Assembly: GCA_029261035.1 (NCBI GenBank)
Contig: JAJDCD010000004.1
Span: forward strand, 68,765 to 132,764
Length of the DNA: 64,000 nucleotides
Direction: 5' to 3'
Origin: Candidatus Omnitrophota bacterium
GTDB lineage: Bacteria; Omnitrophota; Omnitrophia; Omnitrophales; JACROU01
Below, piece after piece: positions 31,009-41,350 of this stretch (positions are counted from its first letter, which is position 1; each line of letters opens with the position of its first letter). The notes beneath the pieces are model-generated. The model saw nothing but the letters and a program-made list of their open reading frames with translations. It was not told where the DNA came from and did no database searches. The position numbers and the translations under genes are program-made.

Positions 31009-32301
31009 TTACAAGTTTAATCGTTTAAAAATTTTATCTACATTCTTCGTATGATAATTATAATCAAACACACTCTTAATTTCACTTTCTGACAAGTGCG
31101 TTTTTATTTCATCATCATCTAGAACAATCGTATTTAAATCCTTACCTTCATCCCAAACACGGGCAGCACACTGTTGTACCATTCGGTAACCATCTTCACG
31201 TGTTAAGCCCTTTTCCACAAGCTTCAACAACAAACCTTGGGAAAAAATCATGCCACGGCTTTTTTCCATATTAGATTTCATATTTTCACCGTACACTTCC
31301 AAGTTTTGTATCACATCCACCATTTTACTGAGCATATAATCCATCAAAATAGTTGCATCAGGGAAAATTACACGCTCAACAGAAGAGTGAGTAATATCTC
31401 TTTCATGCCATAATGCTTGGTTTTCAAAAGCAGACAAGGCATACCCTCGAATATTTCTAGACAATCCCGCAATTCGTTCGCATGTAATCGGGTTTCTTTT
31501 GTGTGGCATAGCGGAAGAACCTTTTTGTCCTTTTTTAAAGCTTTCAGCCACTTCTAGAGTTTCTGTTTTTTGGAGTAAACGAATTTCGGTAGCTAATTTA
31601 TCTAAGGAGCCTGCAATCACGGCCAAAGTTCCTAAATAATAAGCGTGTCGATCTCTCTGAATAATTTGTGTGGAAATAGGCGCTGGTTTCAAACCTAGAA
31701 TAGCCAATGCTTCCTCTTCAATTTCCGGATCGATATTTGCGAATGTCCCAACAGCTCCAGAAATTTTACCAACATTCATAGACTCCTGGGCAGCCAATAA
31801 ACGTTCCTTAGCCCTTTGGAACTCCGCATAGAAAAGTGCCATTTTCAAACCAAAAGTAATAGGTTCTGCATGAATTCCATGACTCCGCCCCACCATTAAA
31901 GTCATTTTATGTTCTTGAGCTTGTTCTTTGAGCGCTTCAATAAGCTGATCCAACTCTTTTAATAGTAATTCAGAAGCTTGTTTCACCTGCAAAGAAAGTC
32001 CGGTATCCAAAACATCAGAAGAAGTCATTCCATAATGCACATACCTTGCATCAGGACCTACGTTTTCTGAAATATTAGTTAAAAACGCAATAACATCATG
32101 ATTCACAACTTCTTCAATTTCTAAAACGCGCTTAAGATCAAATTTTGCTTTAGGAATTACTTTTGACGGAATATCACTAGGAATAACACCATGCTTTCCT
32201 TGAGTTTCAAGAACAGCCATTTCAACTTTGAGCCATGTATTCAATTTATTTTCTTCGGTCCATATCGAACCCATTTGAGGACGTGTGTATCTGGTAATCA
32301 T
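31009..32301 (-). CDS. purB: Adenylosuccinate lyase
   Basis: HDVIAF, GSSAMPHKRNP, WHERDI. Confidence 0.98.
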   Translation of the reverse strand: MITRYTRPQMGSIWTEENKLNTWLKVEMAVLETQGKHGVIPSDIPSKVIPKAKFDLKRVLEIEEVVNHDVIAFLTNISENVGPDARYVHYGMTSSDVLDTGLSLQVKQASELLLKELDQLIEALKEQAQEHKMTLMVGRSHGIHAEPITFGLKMALFYAEFQRAKERLLAAQESMNVGKISGAVGTFANIDPEIEEEALAILGLKPAPISTQIIQRDRHAYYLGTLAVIAGSLDKLATEIRLLQKTETLEVAESFKKGQKGSSAMPHKRNPITCERIAGLSRNIRGYALSAFENQALWHERDITHSSVERVIFPDATILMDYMLSKMVDVIQNLEVYGENMKSNMEKSRGMIFSQGLLLKLVEKGLTREDGYRMVQQCAARVWDEGKDLNTIVLDDDEIKTHLSESEIKSVFDYNYHTKNVDKIFKRLNL

Positions 32302-32354
32302 TTTCTAAACCTTCCCTTCGATATCTATTTATAAGAACAATAAAATCAAACTTT

Positions 32355-32430
32355 TGGTAGCCCCTACGGGAGTTGAACCCGTGTTACCTGGCTGAGAACC
32401 AGGCGTCCTAGACCACTAGACGAAGGGGCC
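32355..32430 (-). tRNA. tRNA-Glu (anticodon CTC)
   Basis: GGCCCCTTCGTCTAGTGG...CCTGG-TTCTCAG-CCAGG...GGTTCAACTCC...ACCA; 76 nt with encoded CCA. Confidence 0.95.
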
Positions 32431-32646
32431 ATAAAGTGAAATAAACTTCAAACACTCACCTTTGTTTAGTTGTAGGAGCCCCATATTTACTGCTTATTTG
32501 GGAACAAAATCAGAAAAATAGACCCTTAGTATATCCCACTCGGATATCTGAATCAAGGTAGATGTTGTGGTGTGAGCAACTTTTTATCGATTATTTAGGG
32601 GTATGAAAGTTAATTCGAGCTTCTGAAGTCTCGAAAACCCCTGATT

Positions 32647-33342
32647 TTATACGGTTAAACGGCAACGAACAAGCCAATAGATCACGATGAAAAAATGCCA
32701 CCAATGAATCTTCTTCCCTTCGGAATAGCTACGTCCACTATAAGAAACAGGGGTTTCATAAACCCTATATTGATGGTTCTTAAAGATTTTGGCCGTCATT
32801 TCAGGTTCTACTCCAAAACCTTTGGCTTTAAGGTCTAAAGACTGAGCAATTTCTCGTCTCATAACTTTGTAACAAGTCATCATGTCTGTTAAAACAGTAT
32901 CAAACATAATATTGGTTAGAATATTAGCCCATTTATTTCCAATGTAATGCCAATAGAAAAATACGCGATGCGTTCCAATAAAACGCGACCCATAAACGAC
33001 ATCCGCCCTACCTTTAACAATAGTATCTAATAAATGAGGGTACTCTTCTGGGTGATATTCTAAATCCGCATCTTGAATAATAACGATATCCCCTTTTATT
33101 TCTTTAAAACCTGTTCTTAAAGCGGCTCCCTTACCTTGGTTGCTTTCATGGTAAAGAACTCTCACTTCATTTTTATCATCTTTATATCCATCCACAGATC
33201 TTAAAATATCTCTCGTTCCATCAGCAGAACCATCATCTACAATAATAATTTCTTTATCAATATCAACAGCTTTGATTCGACCTAAAATTTCTTCGATGGT
33301 TGCTTTTTCGTTATAACAAGGTACAACAACAGATAATTTCAT
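32647..33342 (-). CDS. GT2 glycosyltransferase (DPM1-like)
   Basis: VPCYNE, VDDGS, NQGKGAALR, QDADLEY, VYGSRF. Confidence 0.92.
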   Translation of the reverse strand: MKLSVVVPCYNEKATIEEILGRIKAVDIDKEIIIVDDGSADGTRDILRSVDGYKDDKNEVRVLYHESNQGKGAALRTGFKEIKGDIVIIQDADLEYHPEEYPHLLDTIVKGRADVVYGSRFIGTHRVFFYWHYIGNKWANILTNIMFDTVLTDMMTCYKVMRREIAQSLDLKAKGFGVEPEMTAKIFKNHQYRVYETPVSYSGRSYSEGKKIHWWHFFIVIYWLVRCRLTV

Positions 33343-33357
33343 TTTCTATTCTCTCCT

Positions 33358-34494
33358 TTATTTCAAAATAGACTTTAAACAAACAAGGGTTGATTGAATA
33401 AATTCTTTAGGCTCAATATCAAACACTCTTTTTTTAGATTGCTGAACGAGCTCTTCTTTATAAGCTTGGTCCACAAGTGCCAAATCTATATTTTCTTTAA
33501 TCTCTTGAATTTTTGCTTCTGGGTCCGACAAAATTTGATCTAAAGTTATTACATGATTCCCAGTCTTAAATGGAATCAATGGGATATCCATAGATATCGC
33601 GTCATCGATCACATCTTCCAACAACTCATTCCAAAACATTGAATCATATACCGGATCGACTAAAACATCGATCACTTTAAGATATTCACTGATCAATTCA
33701 TAGTTAAAATCCGAAACCAATTTAACACGAGAAGACAATCCCAAACCATGAATCAGCTTTTGTAAAGCATACCCTTGGCACCCTTCCCCAATAATAATCA
33801 AAGATAAATTCTTAGGGATTTTAGCCACAGCTTTAATAATAATAGAAACAATCTCGTCTGTCACTATAGGTTCAATGTAACCAACAACAACGGACCCTAA
33901 ACCCAGAGATTCTTTTTTTCGAACCACATCCAACTTTTCGTTCCCTAAAATATTGTTTTCAAATTTTAAGTCTGCTGGAATTTCAATTAACTTCCCTTCA
34001 AATCCTTTTCTCAATAAATGATCGCTCACTTTTCGGCTCCCCGAAAAAGCACACGACAATCTCTTAAAATTAGATTTTTCTATTTTCTTTAATGCGGGCA
34101 TTAACTGTTTAAAACGAGGGTCTCTGGCTGTACAAAAAACATGGACCCACGGCATAAACCATTTTTTAATCTTAATCCACTTAGTGAGCAATGCCCCTTG
34201 AGGCTCATCATCAACCCAAATAACATCTGGGTAATAGGTTAACCCTTGCCACAAATCAATCAATAAAGTAAACACACTAGCAAACAGATGTCCAAAGACG
34301 CTTCTATAAACCAAGACATCAAAATTAGAATCTAAATCAACTTTAGAACTTCTAAATACTTTTCCAGTATTTTTTTCTTTCCAAACATGCGGCATTAAAA
34401 TCTTTACCTGTACGTTTGGATTCTGTGAAAGTTGTTTAAATTTATAACAATGTCTTTTAATGACAGCTCGTTGACTGACAATTAAAATTTTCAT
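33358..34494 (-). CDS. Divergent GT4-like (GT-B fold) protein
   Basis: MKILIVS, PDVIWVDDEP, LIIIGEG..LGLSSRV; donor-binding motifs degenerate. Confidence 0.65.
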   Translation of the reverse strand: MKILIVSQRAVIKRHCYKFKQLSQNPNVQVKILMPHVWKEKNTGKVFRSSKVDLDSNFDVLVYRSVFGHLFASVFTLLIDLWQGLTYYPDVIWVDDEPQGALLTKWIKIKKWFMPWVHVFCTARDPRFKQLMPALKKIEKSNFKRLSCAFSGSRKVSDHLLRKGFEGKLIEIPADLKFENNILGNEKLDVVRKKESLGLGSVVVGYIEPIVTDEIVSIIIKAVAKIPKNLSLIIIGEGCQGYALQKLIHGLGLSSRVKLVSDFNYELISEYLKVIDVLVDPVYDSMFWNELLEDVIDDAISMDIPLIPFKTGNHVITLDQILSDPEAKIQEIKENIDLALVDQAYKEELVQQSKKRVFDIEPKEFIQSTLVCLKSILK

Positions 34495-34501
34495 TTTAGG
34501 C

Positions 34502-35359
34502 TTAAGCCTTAACTTGCTTTTCTCGAGAAACAAACCAAACAAAAGCACCCATAAGAATCATAAAACCCCAGCCCATGAGGCCTCCGTAATACTCTCCTCC
34601 ACCCCAAAATAAAGTTGGATCTGGATTTTTCTCTGCAATAAAATTAACGTCTACTTTTAGGAACATCACTGCTCCTGCATGAATTCCTATAGCTAAGTAA
34701 AGAGCACGCGTACGCAAATAGGCATATTGAAGAACAAAACCAAACAAAAGCAAACCTACGAATGATGGCAGAATATTTTGCCAATCCCCTAAAGGTTTAA
34801 GCCAAGAAAGTAAAACACTAAAACTATCAGAAATTGTTGGCTCTACCCACTCTTGTTTCGATCCTCTAAAAAAATGAACGATAGCATAAAAAGCATTGGT
34901 GATAATAAAACTCCAAGCACGATGCATGAATTTACAAAGAGAAAGAAACACAAATCCTCTAAAAAAGAATTCTTCCAATGTAGCAACAAGCAACCCTGTT
35001 CCTAACGCTTTAAATACTCTCTCTGGAATACGATCCCATTTAACACGAAGGCCAATATCATAAACACCAAAAAAAGACTCAAAAATAGCCATTCCAAAAA
35101 GAATACCAGAACCTAATAGAATCCCAATCCCAATAAGACGCCACCAATTTGTATCCGCCGTAAAACCAAAACGCCTAAACGCTCCTAAGTCTTTACGAAT
35201 AAATAGTGCTATAGCAACAAATCCACTAATCATAATCAAACGAGAAAGAACTCTTTCAAAAGGATACTTATCCTGAACTATCGAATAAATAAACGGTGCC
35301 AAAACCGCAGGAATGACTACAACTGCAGCTAAAGCTAATAATAATTTCAAAATTTTCAT
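34502..35359 (-). CDS. CPBP (CAAX/Abi) intramembrane metalloprotease
   Basis: EEFFFRG, AIVH, AIGIHAG; start placed at ATG 35359 because the upstream frame is a repeat element. Confidence 0.88.
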   Translation of the reverse strand: MKILKLLLALAAVVVIPAVLAPFIYSIVQDKYPFERVLSRLIMISGFVAIALFIRKDLGAFRRFGFTADTNWWRLIGIGILLGSGILFGMAIFESFFGVYDIGLRVKWDRIPERVFKALGTGLLVATLEEFFFRGFVFLSLCKFMHRAWSFIITNAFYAIVHFFRGSKQEWVEPTISDSFSVLLSWLKPLGDWQNILPSFVGLLLFGFVLQYAYLRTRALYLAIGIHAGAVMFLKVDVNFIAEKNPDPTLFWGGGEYYGGLMGWGFMILMGAFVWFVSREKQVKA

Positions 35360-35397
35360 GCTAAACCTTTCGTTATTTATAGTTTTTGGTGCAAACG

Positions 35398-35592
35398 GAG
35401 CGTCATATACATGACGCTCACAGCAAATACCAAGGGCAAAAGAAGGGCTCGATGTACTTCTTTTGCCATCCCCCTCCAACACACACCCAAATGTTGTTCA
35501 AATTAAAGGAAAACGAAGTGTGCTCGCCGCGAGTTCACAAAAATAGATTCTCAATTTTTGTGCTGTCTGAGCGCCGAGGATACTTCGTTTTC
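35398..35592. repeat. Three-hairpin structured element, copy B
   Basis: Hairpins GAGCGTCAT/ATGACGCTC, GGCAAAAGAAG/CTTCTTTTGCC (GCTCGATG loop) and 35509-35592 with the same CCGCGAGTT/CTGTCTGAGCGC internal loop as copy A. Confidence 0.75.
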
Positions 35593-35601
35593 TGGTACAA
35601 C

Positions 35602-36054
35602 CTAAACAGATAAAGTTAGTTCCAGTTCAACAAAAGCATTCATTGGTAAACTATTAACCCCTACAGCAGAGCGAGCATGTTTGCCCCGTTCTCCAAAAAC
35701 TTCTAAAAATAGATCCGATGCCCCATTAATTACTTGTGGATGCTCTGTGAACCCTTCCATACTCTGAACATAACCCACCAACCGTATAATCCTGTCCACT
35801 TTATCTAAACTCCCTAAAAACCCTCTTATAACACCCAACGCATTTAGTGCAGCAATTCGAGCTGCTTGCTGTCCTCGATCATTCTTATCAGCCCCACCTT
35901 TACCCGTAAAGATATCTCCATTAGCAATTTTAGGCAAAACACCACTTAGAAATACAAGGTTACCCACCTGAGTTATTGGAACATAGGAGCCTAGAGGCTT
36001 CGGAGGTTCTGGAATAAACAAACCCATCTCTTCTATTTTCTGTTCTGCACTCAT
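35602..36054 (-). CDS. RidA/YjgF-family protein
   Basis: GNLVFLSG, NGASDL, GKHARSAVG..LP. Confidence 0.9.
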   Translation of the reverse strand: MSAEQKIEEMGLFIPEPPKPLGSYVPITQVGNLVFLSGVLPKIANGDIFTGKGGADKNDRGQQAARIAALNALGVIRGFLGSLDKVDRIIRLVGYVQSMEGFTEHPQVINGASDLFLEVFGERGKHARSAVGVNSLPMNAFVELELTLSV

Positions 36055-36764
36055 ACTGTCTTCTCCGCAATAATCATAGTACAAATACCAAAAGTAAATG
36101 ATTTCGTATTAACTTTTTTAAATCCTGCATCTTTTATTTTTTGTTCTAATTCAGAAACTCCATAAAATTTCTGAATCGAACTAGAAAGAAATTTATAAGC
36201 ATTCCATGACCCAGAAAAAAAACGGCCTACGAATGGAAGATAAATATTAAGGTAGGGAAAATAAAGAGCCTTCATCCACCAAGACGTTGGGCGCGTTAAT
36301 TCTAAAATAACGAACTTCCCCTTCGAACTCAATACGCGATAACTCTCTTGAAACAAAGAATCTAAATCTGCAATACTTCTTAAAACAAAAGCTGAACTAA
36401 TTAAGTCAAACTGATCATCTTCATAGGGAAGTTTTGGTAACTCAACAACATCTAATTTAGCTTTATTTCCCAATCGCTGCTCTGCCTGTTTTAACATTTC
36501 TTTCGAAAAATCAGCCCCAACTGCTTTTTCGAAAGGGTGAAAACGAGTGATGTCATACAAAAAAACACCTGAACCCGTTCCGATATCAAGAACAGAGTTC
36601 ATCCAAGGCTCTACAGACTGACGAACCGCCTTACGCCTCCAACCATCATCTCTTTTAAAACTTAAAAACTTATTGAGAAAATCATATTTAGGAGCAATCA
36701 CATCAAAGATTTGATTAATTTCCGAAGGATGTTTTGTGTATTCTGGAAGTTGTGTTGAATTCAT
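36051..36764 (-). CDS. menG: Demethylmenaquinone methyltransferase
   Basis: FDVIAPKYDFLN, LDIGTGSG, GADFS; mqn cluster context. Confidence 0.88.
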   Translation of the reverse strand: MNSTQLPEYTKHPSEINQIFDVIAPKYDFLNKFLSFKRDDGWRRKAVRQSVEPWMNSVLDIGTGSGVFLYDITRFHPFEKAVGADFSKEMLKQAEQRLGNKAKLDVVELPKLPYEDDQFDLISSAFVLRSIADLDSLFQESYRVLSSKGKFVILELTRPTSWWMKALYFPYLNIYLPFVGRFFSGSWNAYKFLSSSIQKFYGVSELEQKIKDAGFKKVNTKSFTFGICTMIIAEKTV

Positions 36765-36780
36765 AGGATCCTGCTTTGGG

Positions 36781-37884
36781 CTAATCACAATGCCTAATAA
36801 TTTTATAATTTGTATCTCGTTGAGCAGCTTTATAACCTGCTTTTTTAATGAGACGAATAAATTCATCCACGTTAGTGTCATTTACGATACCCGTCGCTTT
36901 AACAACCCTTTCTTCCATCAAGATACCACCCATATCGTTAGCACCAAAAGCCAAAGCTGTTTGAGCCATCTTAACCCCTTCTGTAACCCAACCTGTTTGG
37001 AAATTAGGAATGTTATCCATCATCAAACGACCCACAGCCATGGTGCGAACATAATCTTCTCCTCCTGCCATAGGAAGATGACTCATTCTAGGGGTCCCCG
37101 GAGAAGAAAAACTCCAAGGGATAAATGCTCGAAATACTTCTGTTTCATCTTGCAGCTGTCTCAATTTTAAAAAATGGATCACTCGTTCTTCGATCGTTTC
37201 TACATGACCATACATCATTGTCGCAGAAGCTTTGAGTCCTACATTATGGCACGATCTCATAATATCTAACCAACGATCTGCAGAAGCTTTCTTAGGGCTA
37301 ATTTCCTTTCGAACGCGATCTACTAAAATTTCAGCTCCACCTCCAGGAAAAGAATTTAATCCAGCTGCTTTTAATTCTTCAAAAACTTGTTCCGCTGTCA
37401 TTTTTTCAGATTTACACAAATAATCAATTTCTTCTGGGGACATGGAGTGTATGTGTACATGGGGATACTTCTCCATAACTTTTTGAAATAGATTCACATA
37501 GTGTTTTAATCTTAAATCGGGGTTGATCCCTCCCTGAAACAACACTTGAGTGCCTCCCAAAGCTGTTAAATCATCCAAGTTTTGGTATACCTCGTCGAGC
37601 TCAGTCACATAACCCTTATCAGAACGTGGCGGAGTATAAAAGGCACAAAATCCACAATCAATAATACACACATTGGTTGTTGCTACATTGCGATCAATAA
37701 CAAAGGTAACAATACCTTCTGGGTGCAACTCGTTTCTTACTTGAGTTGCCGCATGACCTAGCAAAGTTAAATCTGCATTGAACAGCAAGATACCTTCTTC
37801 TAAACTTAATCGATCTCCACCTAACCTTTTTTCAATAATGCTTTCTACTACTGTTGAATCAACCGTTGATGAACGTTCTATCAT
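36781..37884 (-). CDS. mqnC: Cyclic dehypoxanthine futalosine synthase
   Basis: VTFVIDRN, CIIDCGFCAF, QGG, PGGGAEIL, FIPW. Confidence 0.9.
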   Translation of the reverse strand: MIERSSTVDSTVVESIIEKRLGGDRLSLEEGILLFNADLTLLGHAATQVRNELHPEGIVTFVIDRNVATTNVCIIDCGFCAFYTPPRSDKGYVTELDEVYQNLDDLTALGGTQVLFQGGINPDLRLKHYVNLFQKVMEKYPHVHIHSMSPEEIDYLCKSEKMTAEQVFEELKAAGLNSFPGGGAEILVDRVRKEISPKKASADRWLDIMRSCHNVGLKASATMMYGHVETIEERVIHFLKLRQLQDETEVFRAFIPWSFSSPGTPRMSHLPMAGGEDYVRTMAVGRLMMDNIPNFQTGWVTEGVKMAQTALAFGANDMGGILMEERVVKATGIVNDTNVDEFIRLIKKAGYKAAQRDTNYKIIRHCD

Positions 37885-38741
37885 AGCGCAAACTCCAATT
37901 CTCTCAGTTGGCTTACCCACCCTAGTTTGTAAGCCTTTTCAAAAAATAAGTATAGCCCCTGAATTGCTTTCGAATTTAATCGATATTCAAAACCATCTAA
38001 ATATTCAACCAACTCTTCATCCGTCAAAGCAGATAAGTTGGGCATCTCTTCTAAACAACGCTGTTTTAAACCTATTAAATTTGATTTATTCTGTTCAACT
38101 TGGGCTCGCATTAAACGAGTAAAAGACTGAACAGTCTCTTTATTCTTCTCAAAATATTCTTTACGAACAAGCCATAGAGCAAAACAAAAAGGTCTCTCTA
38201 ACCAAGCCCACCACAAAGATGATAAATCAAAACACTGAATATCTGTTTCTTCAAGCTGTTTTCTTAAAAGCAATGCTTTATCACCAATAACCAAACAGGG
38301 GCGTCCTGAACGAATAACATCCCCTTCATCCTCTTCTTTCAAAACGGTAAGCTTTGCATTTACTTCAAAACACTCTTTAAGCAAAATATCTAAAAGTACA
38401 ATTGAGCTCGAGGTTTCTTTTGTGACAAAAATTTCTTTACTCTCTAAAGACTTAATAGAATCTTTCGTAAAAAGAATAACGCTTCTACAAATCTGCTGGG
38501 TACTTAACCCTAAGTCTGGAAGAATATAATAAGAATCACTATTTTTGGCATATTCAATTGAAGATGCCAAAGTAATGTCCACCTTTCCCTCTCGAATACT
38601 CTGATTCAAGACCGAAGGTACGGCATCTAAAAAATTTAACTCACAACAATCCAAAGATTCTTCTAGCCCAAAGAAATAAGGGATCGCATTAATATACGAA
38701 GGCTTTCCAACTCTGATTTGTGTTTTAATCTTAGATTGCAT
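37881..38741 (-). CDS. mqnA: Chorismate dehydratase
   Basis: SYINAIP, PSVLN, SVILF, VIGDKAL, PFCFALW. Confidence 0.88.
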   Translation of the reverse strand: MQSKIKTQIRVGKPSYINAIPYFFGLEESLDCCELNFLDAVPSVLNQSIREGKVDITLASSIEYAKNSDSYYILPDLGLSTQQICRSVILFTKDSIKSLESKEIFVTKETSSSIVLLDILLKECFEVNAKLTVLKEEDEGDVIRSGRPCLVIGDKALLLRKQLEETDIQCFDLSSLWWAWLERPFCFALWLVRKEYFEKNKETVQSFTRLMRAQVEQNKSNLIGLKQRCLEEMPNLSALTDEELVEYLDGFEYRLNSKAIQGLYLFFEKAYKLGWVSQLRELEFAL

Positions 38742-38781
38742 AAAGGTTTTAATTTAATCCTCTTGTAAGCCTTGTTGGTAT

Positions 38782-39861
38782 TTAATAACTAGAGTTTACT
38801 AGCTTAGGGACTCGATTAGCGGTCTCAATAATTCGCACTAACTCATCTCTCTTAAGAAAAACTGGGGTTTTAGCCCCTGCATTGTGCATAATCTTCTCAT
38901 CGATAGCCATTCCCCCTAAATCATCCACTCCAAAAGACAACAAAACCTGTGCGAGCTTCTTTCCCAGAGAGGTCCAAAACGCTTTAATATGAGGAAAATT
39001 ATCTAGATAAATACGTCCAACAGCATAAACTTTCAAATCGGTAAAGGCATCGACAAATGGGATATGGTCTAACTCCGTATTATCTGGATGAAAAGCCAAA
39101 GGAATAAAAGAATTAAACCCCCCAGTCACATCCTGAACTTTTCTCAAACGATCCATATGGTCCACAATGTCCTCTTCGTTTTCAATGTGCCCATAAAGCA
39201 TTGTCGCGTTACTCTTCAATCCAGTTTCGTGAGCCAATTGATGAATCTCCAACCATTTGTCTCCAGCTATTTTTCCTTTAGCTATTTCAGGACGGACACG
39301 TTCAGAAAAAATTTCTGCGCCTCCACCCGGCATACCGCAAAGACCCGCATCTTTTAATTGTTTTAGAACTTCAGAATATGAAAGTTTAGTCTGACGAGAA
39401 AAATGATCAATTTCAACAGCTGTAAATGCCTTCACAAAAATATCTGGATTATAATTTCGGACCAAACTCATCATTTCCAAAATGTATTCAAAGGACGCTT
39501 TGTAAGTGATTCCACCCACGATGTGGACTTCATTAATATGATAGTCTTGATGTGCTTGCTTTACTTTCTCTTCAATTTCTTTCAGCGATAATAGATAAGC
39601 GTCCGCGTCTCCTTCTTTTCTAGAAAAAGCGCACAACTGACAACTCAAATAACAGATATTCGTATAATTCATATTGAGATAAGCGCTATAACAAACCTCA
39701 TCCCCAGCAATTTTCTTTCTAACAAAATCGGCTAAGTATCCAACCGTATTAATCTCATTCGAACGCATGAGTTCAACACCATCCTCAAAAGTAATTCTTT
39801 CTCCTCCGAGAACTTTATCTATAATTTTTTTGTGTTTGGAGTTCTTCCACAAATTCTTCAT
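38782..39861 (-). CDS. mqnE: Aminofutalosine synthase (radical SAM)
   Basis: TNICYLSCQLCAF, EVHIVGG, KAFTAVEI, FIPLAFHP, HIKAFW. Confidence 0.9.
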   Translation of the reverse strand: MKNLWKNSKHKKIIDKVLGGERITFEDGVELMRSNEINTVGYLADFVRKKIAGDEVCYSAYLNMNYTNICYLSCQLCAFSRKEGDADAYLLSLKEIEEKVKQAHQDYHINEVHIVGGITYKASFEYILEMMSLVRNYNPDIFVKAFTAVEIDHFSRQTKLSYSEVLKQLKDAGLCGMPGGGAEIFSERVRPEIAKGKIAGDKWLEIHQLAHETGLKSNATMLYGHIENEEDIVDHMDRLRKVQDVTGGFNSFIPLAFHPDNTELDHIPFVDAFTDLKVYAVGRIYLDNFPHIKAFWTSLGKKLAQVLLSFGVDDLGGMAIDEKIMHNAGAKTPVFLKRDELVRIIETANRVPKLVNSSY

Positions 39862-40480
39862 CGCTTCCCCACGGTTTATACAAATTATGATTAACATCAA
39901 AACTATCTAAAATTTTACCCACAACAAAATCGATCAAATCATTAATATTTTTTGGTTTATGATAAAACCCTGGATTTGCTGGCAACACGGTAACGCCTAA
40001 TCTAGATAGTTTTAACATATTTTCTAAATGAATAGCACTAAAAGGAGTTTCTCTAGGAACAATCAAGAGTTTTCTACCTTCTTTAAGAGTCACATCGGCA
40101 GAACGAGAAATAAGATTGGATGAAATTCCGTTAGCAACTTCTGCCAACGTATTCATAGATGTTGGGCAAATAATCATCCCCCGTGTCTTAAAGGTCCCAC
40201 TGGCACTTTTTGCACTAACATCTCGATAACGGACCAGCTCTATTCTTTCTGCTATTTCTTTCGAAAATAATGATTCTAAAAATTCTGGAGTTTCCTGTGG
40301 TGGGAGTTCTAAATCCATTTCTTTCTCAAATACAAGTCGCGCATGAGGTGACATCATAAATATAACAGGCTCGCTTTGTTCTGCCAAAACGCGAACCAAA
40401 CGCAACCCGTACTGCAACCCACTCGCTCCTGTTAACGCAACAATAATAGGATCTTTTTTCACTCTCAACTCCCTCTTCAT
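39815..40480 (-). CDS. ubiX: Flavin prenyltransferase
   Basis: TGASG, ASG, LKEGRKL..VPRETP, PGFYH. Confidence 0.95.
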   Translation of the reverse strand: MKRELRVKKDPIIVALTGASGLQYGLRLVRVLAEQSEPVIFMMSPHARLVFEKEMDLELPPQETPEFLESLFSKEIAERIELVRYRDVSAKSASGTFKTRGMIICPTSMNTLAEVANGISSNLISRSADVTLKEGRKLLIVPRETPFSAIHLENMLKLSRLGVTVLPANPGFYHKPKNINDLIDFVVGKILDSFDVNHNLYKPWGSDEEFVEELQTQKNYR

Positions 40481-40492
40481 AGAAGGTTTATA

Positions 40493-41350
40493 TTAAAATA
40501 TTAAATCCAAAAACGTACTGACTAATAAGATTAAACTAAAACATACATTAGGAATAAAAAATATTTTTGGGATAAATGACAGGTTATGCCCTCTCACCTG
40601 AAATTGCTGCTGAAATATTAAAATACCCGCAACAACAAAACCCACCCAATAATATACACCTAAATGATTCATTGAGCCTAAAACAAAAAGGCTAATCAGA
40701 GTAATTCCTTGAAACAAGCTGGATACTCTTAGACTGATCGTTTTCCCAAAACGAGAAGGAAGAGAAAAAAGCCCTTCCCTACGATCAAATCCTTCATCCT
40801 GCAAAGAGTAAATTATATCAAATCCTGCAACCCAAAATAAGACTGCTATAACGAGTGGCACAGGATACCAAGAAAAGCTCCCCTCTGACGCTATCCATCC
40901 TCCCATAGGAGAAATAGCCAAAATAGACCCTAAATAGAGATGTGTCCCCCACGTGAAACGCTTGAAAAGTGGGTAGGTACAGACCATAAACAAAGGAATG
41001 AAGGACAGCAGCAAACAGAGCTTATTTAATGCAAATACAGAGTAAAAATAAAACCCACAGCAAGAAATTAAACAGCAGAGTAAAAACTGCTTAGATATTA
41101 AACCCTGCGACAAAGGCCATATGGAAGTTCTTGGATTCTTTTGATCATAGCGAATATCTAATAAACGGTTCATGATCATTCCAACAGTTCTTAAACTAAC
41201 CATGGCCACCGTAACCCAAATAAATATGTGCAGCCTTGGCCAGCCCCCTTCCGCTAGTACCAAACCTAAGTAGGCAAAAGGAAGAGCAAATAACGTATGC
41301 TCAAACTTAATTGTTTCTAAAAAAAGTTTTAGCTGGTTCATTTGAATCAA
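40493..41350 (-). CDS. UbiA-like polyprenyltransferase (MqnP)
   Basis: IKFEHTLFALPFA, NRLLD..YD..NPRT, GFDIIYSLQD. Confidence 0.92.
   Translation of the reverse strand: MIQMNQLKLFLETIKFEHTLFALPFAYLGLVLAEGGWPRLHIFIWVTVAMVSLRTVGMIMNRLLDIRYDQKNPRTSIWPLSQGLISKQFLLCCLISCCGFYFYSVFALNKLCLLLSFIPLFMVCTYPLFKRFTWGTHLYLGSILAISPMGGWIASEGSFSWYPVPLVIAVLFWVAGFDIIYSLQDEGFDRREGLFSLPSRFGKTISLRVSSLFQGITLISLFVLGSMNHLGVYYWVGFVVAGILIFQQQFQVRGHNLSFIPKIFFIPNVCFSLILLVSTFLDLIF

Noticed and set aside
32431-32646. Purine or ZTP riboswitch upstream of the pur genes
   Set aside because: No recognisable aptamer consensus
35360-35482. N-terminal extension of the CPBP ORF and + strand ORF 35386-35613
   Set aside because: Both are read through the palindromic element
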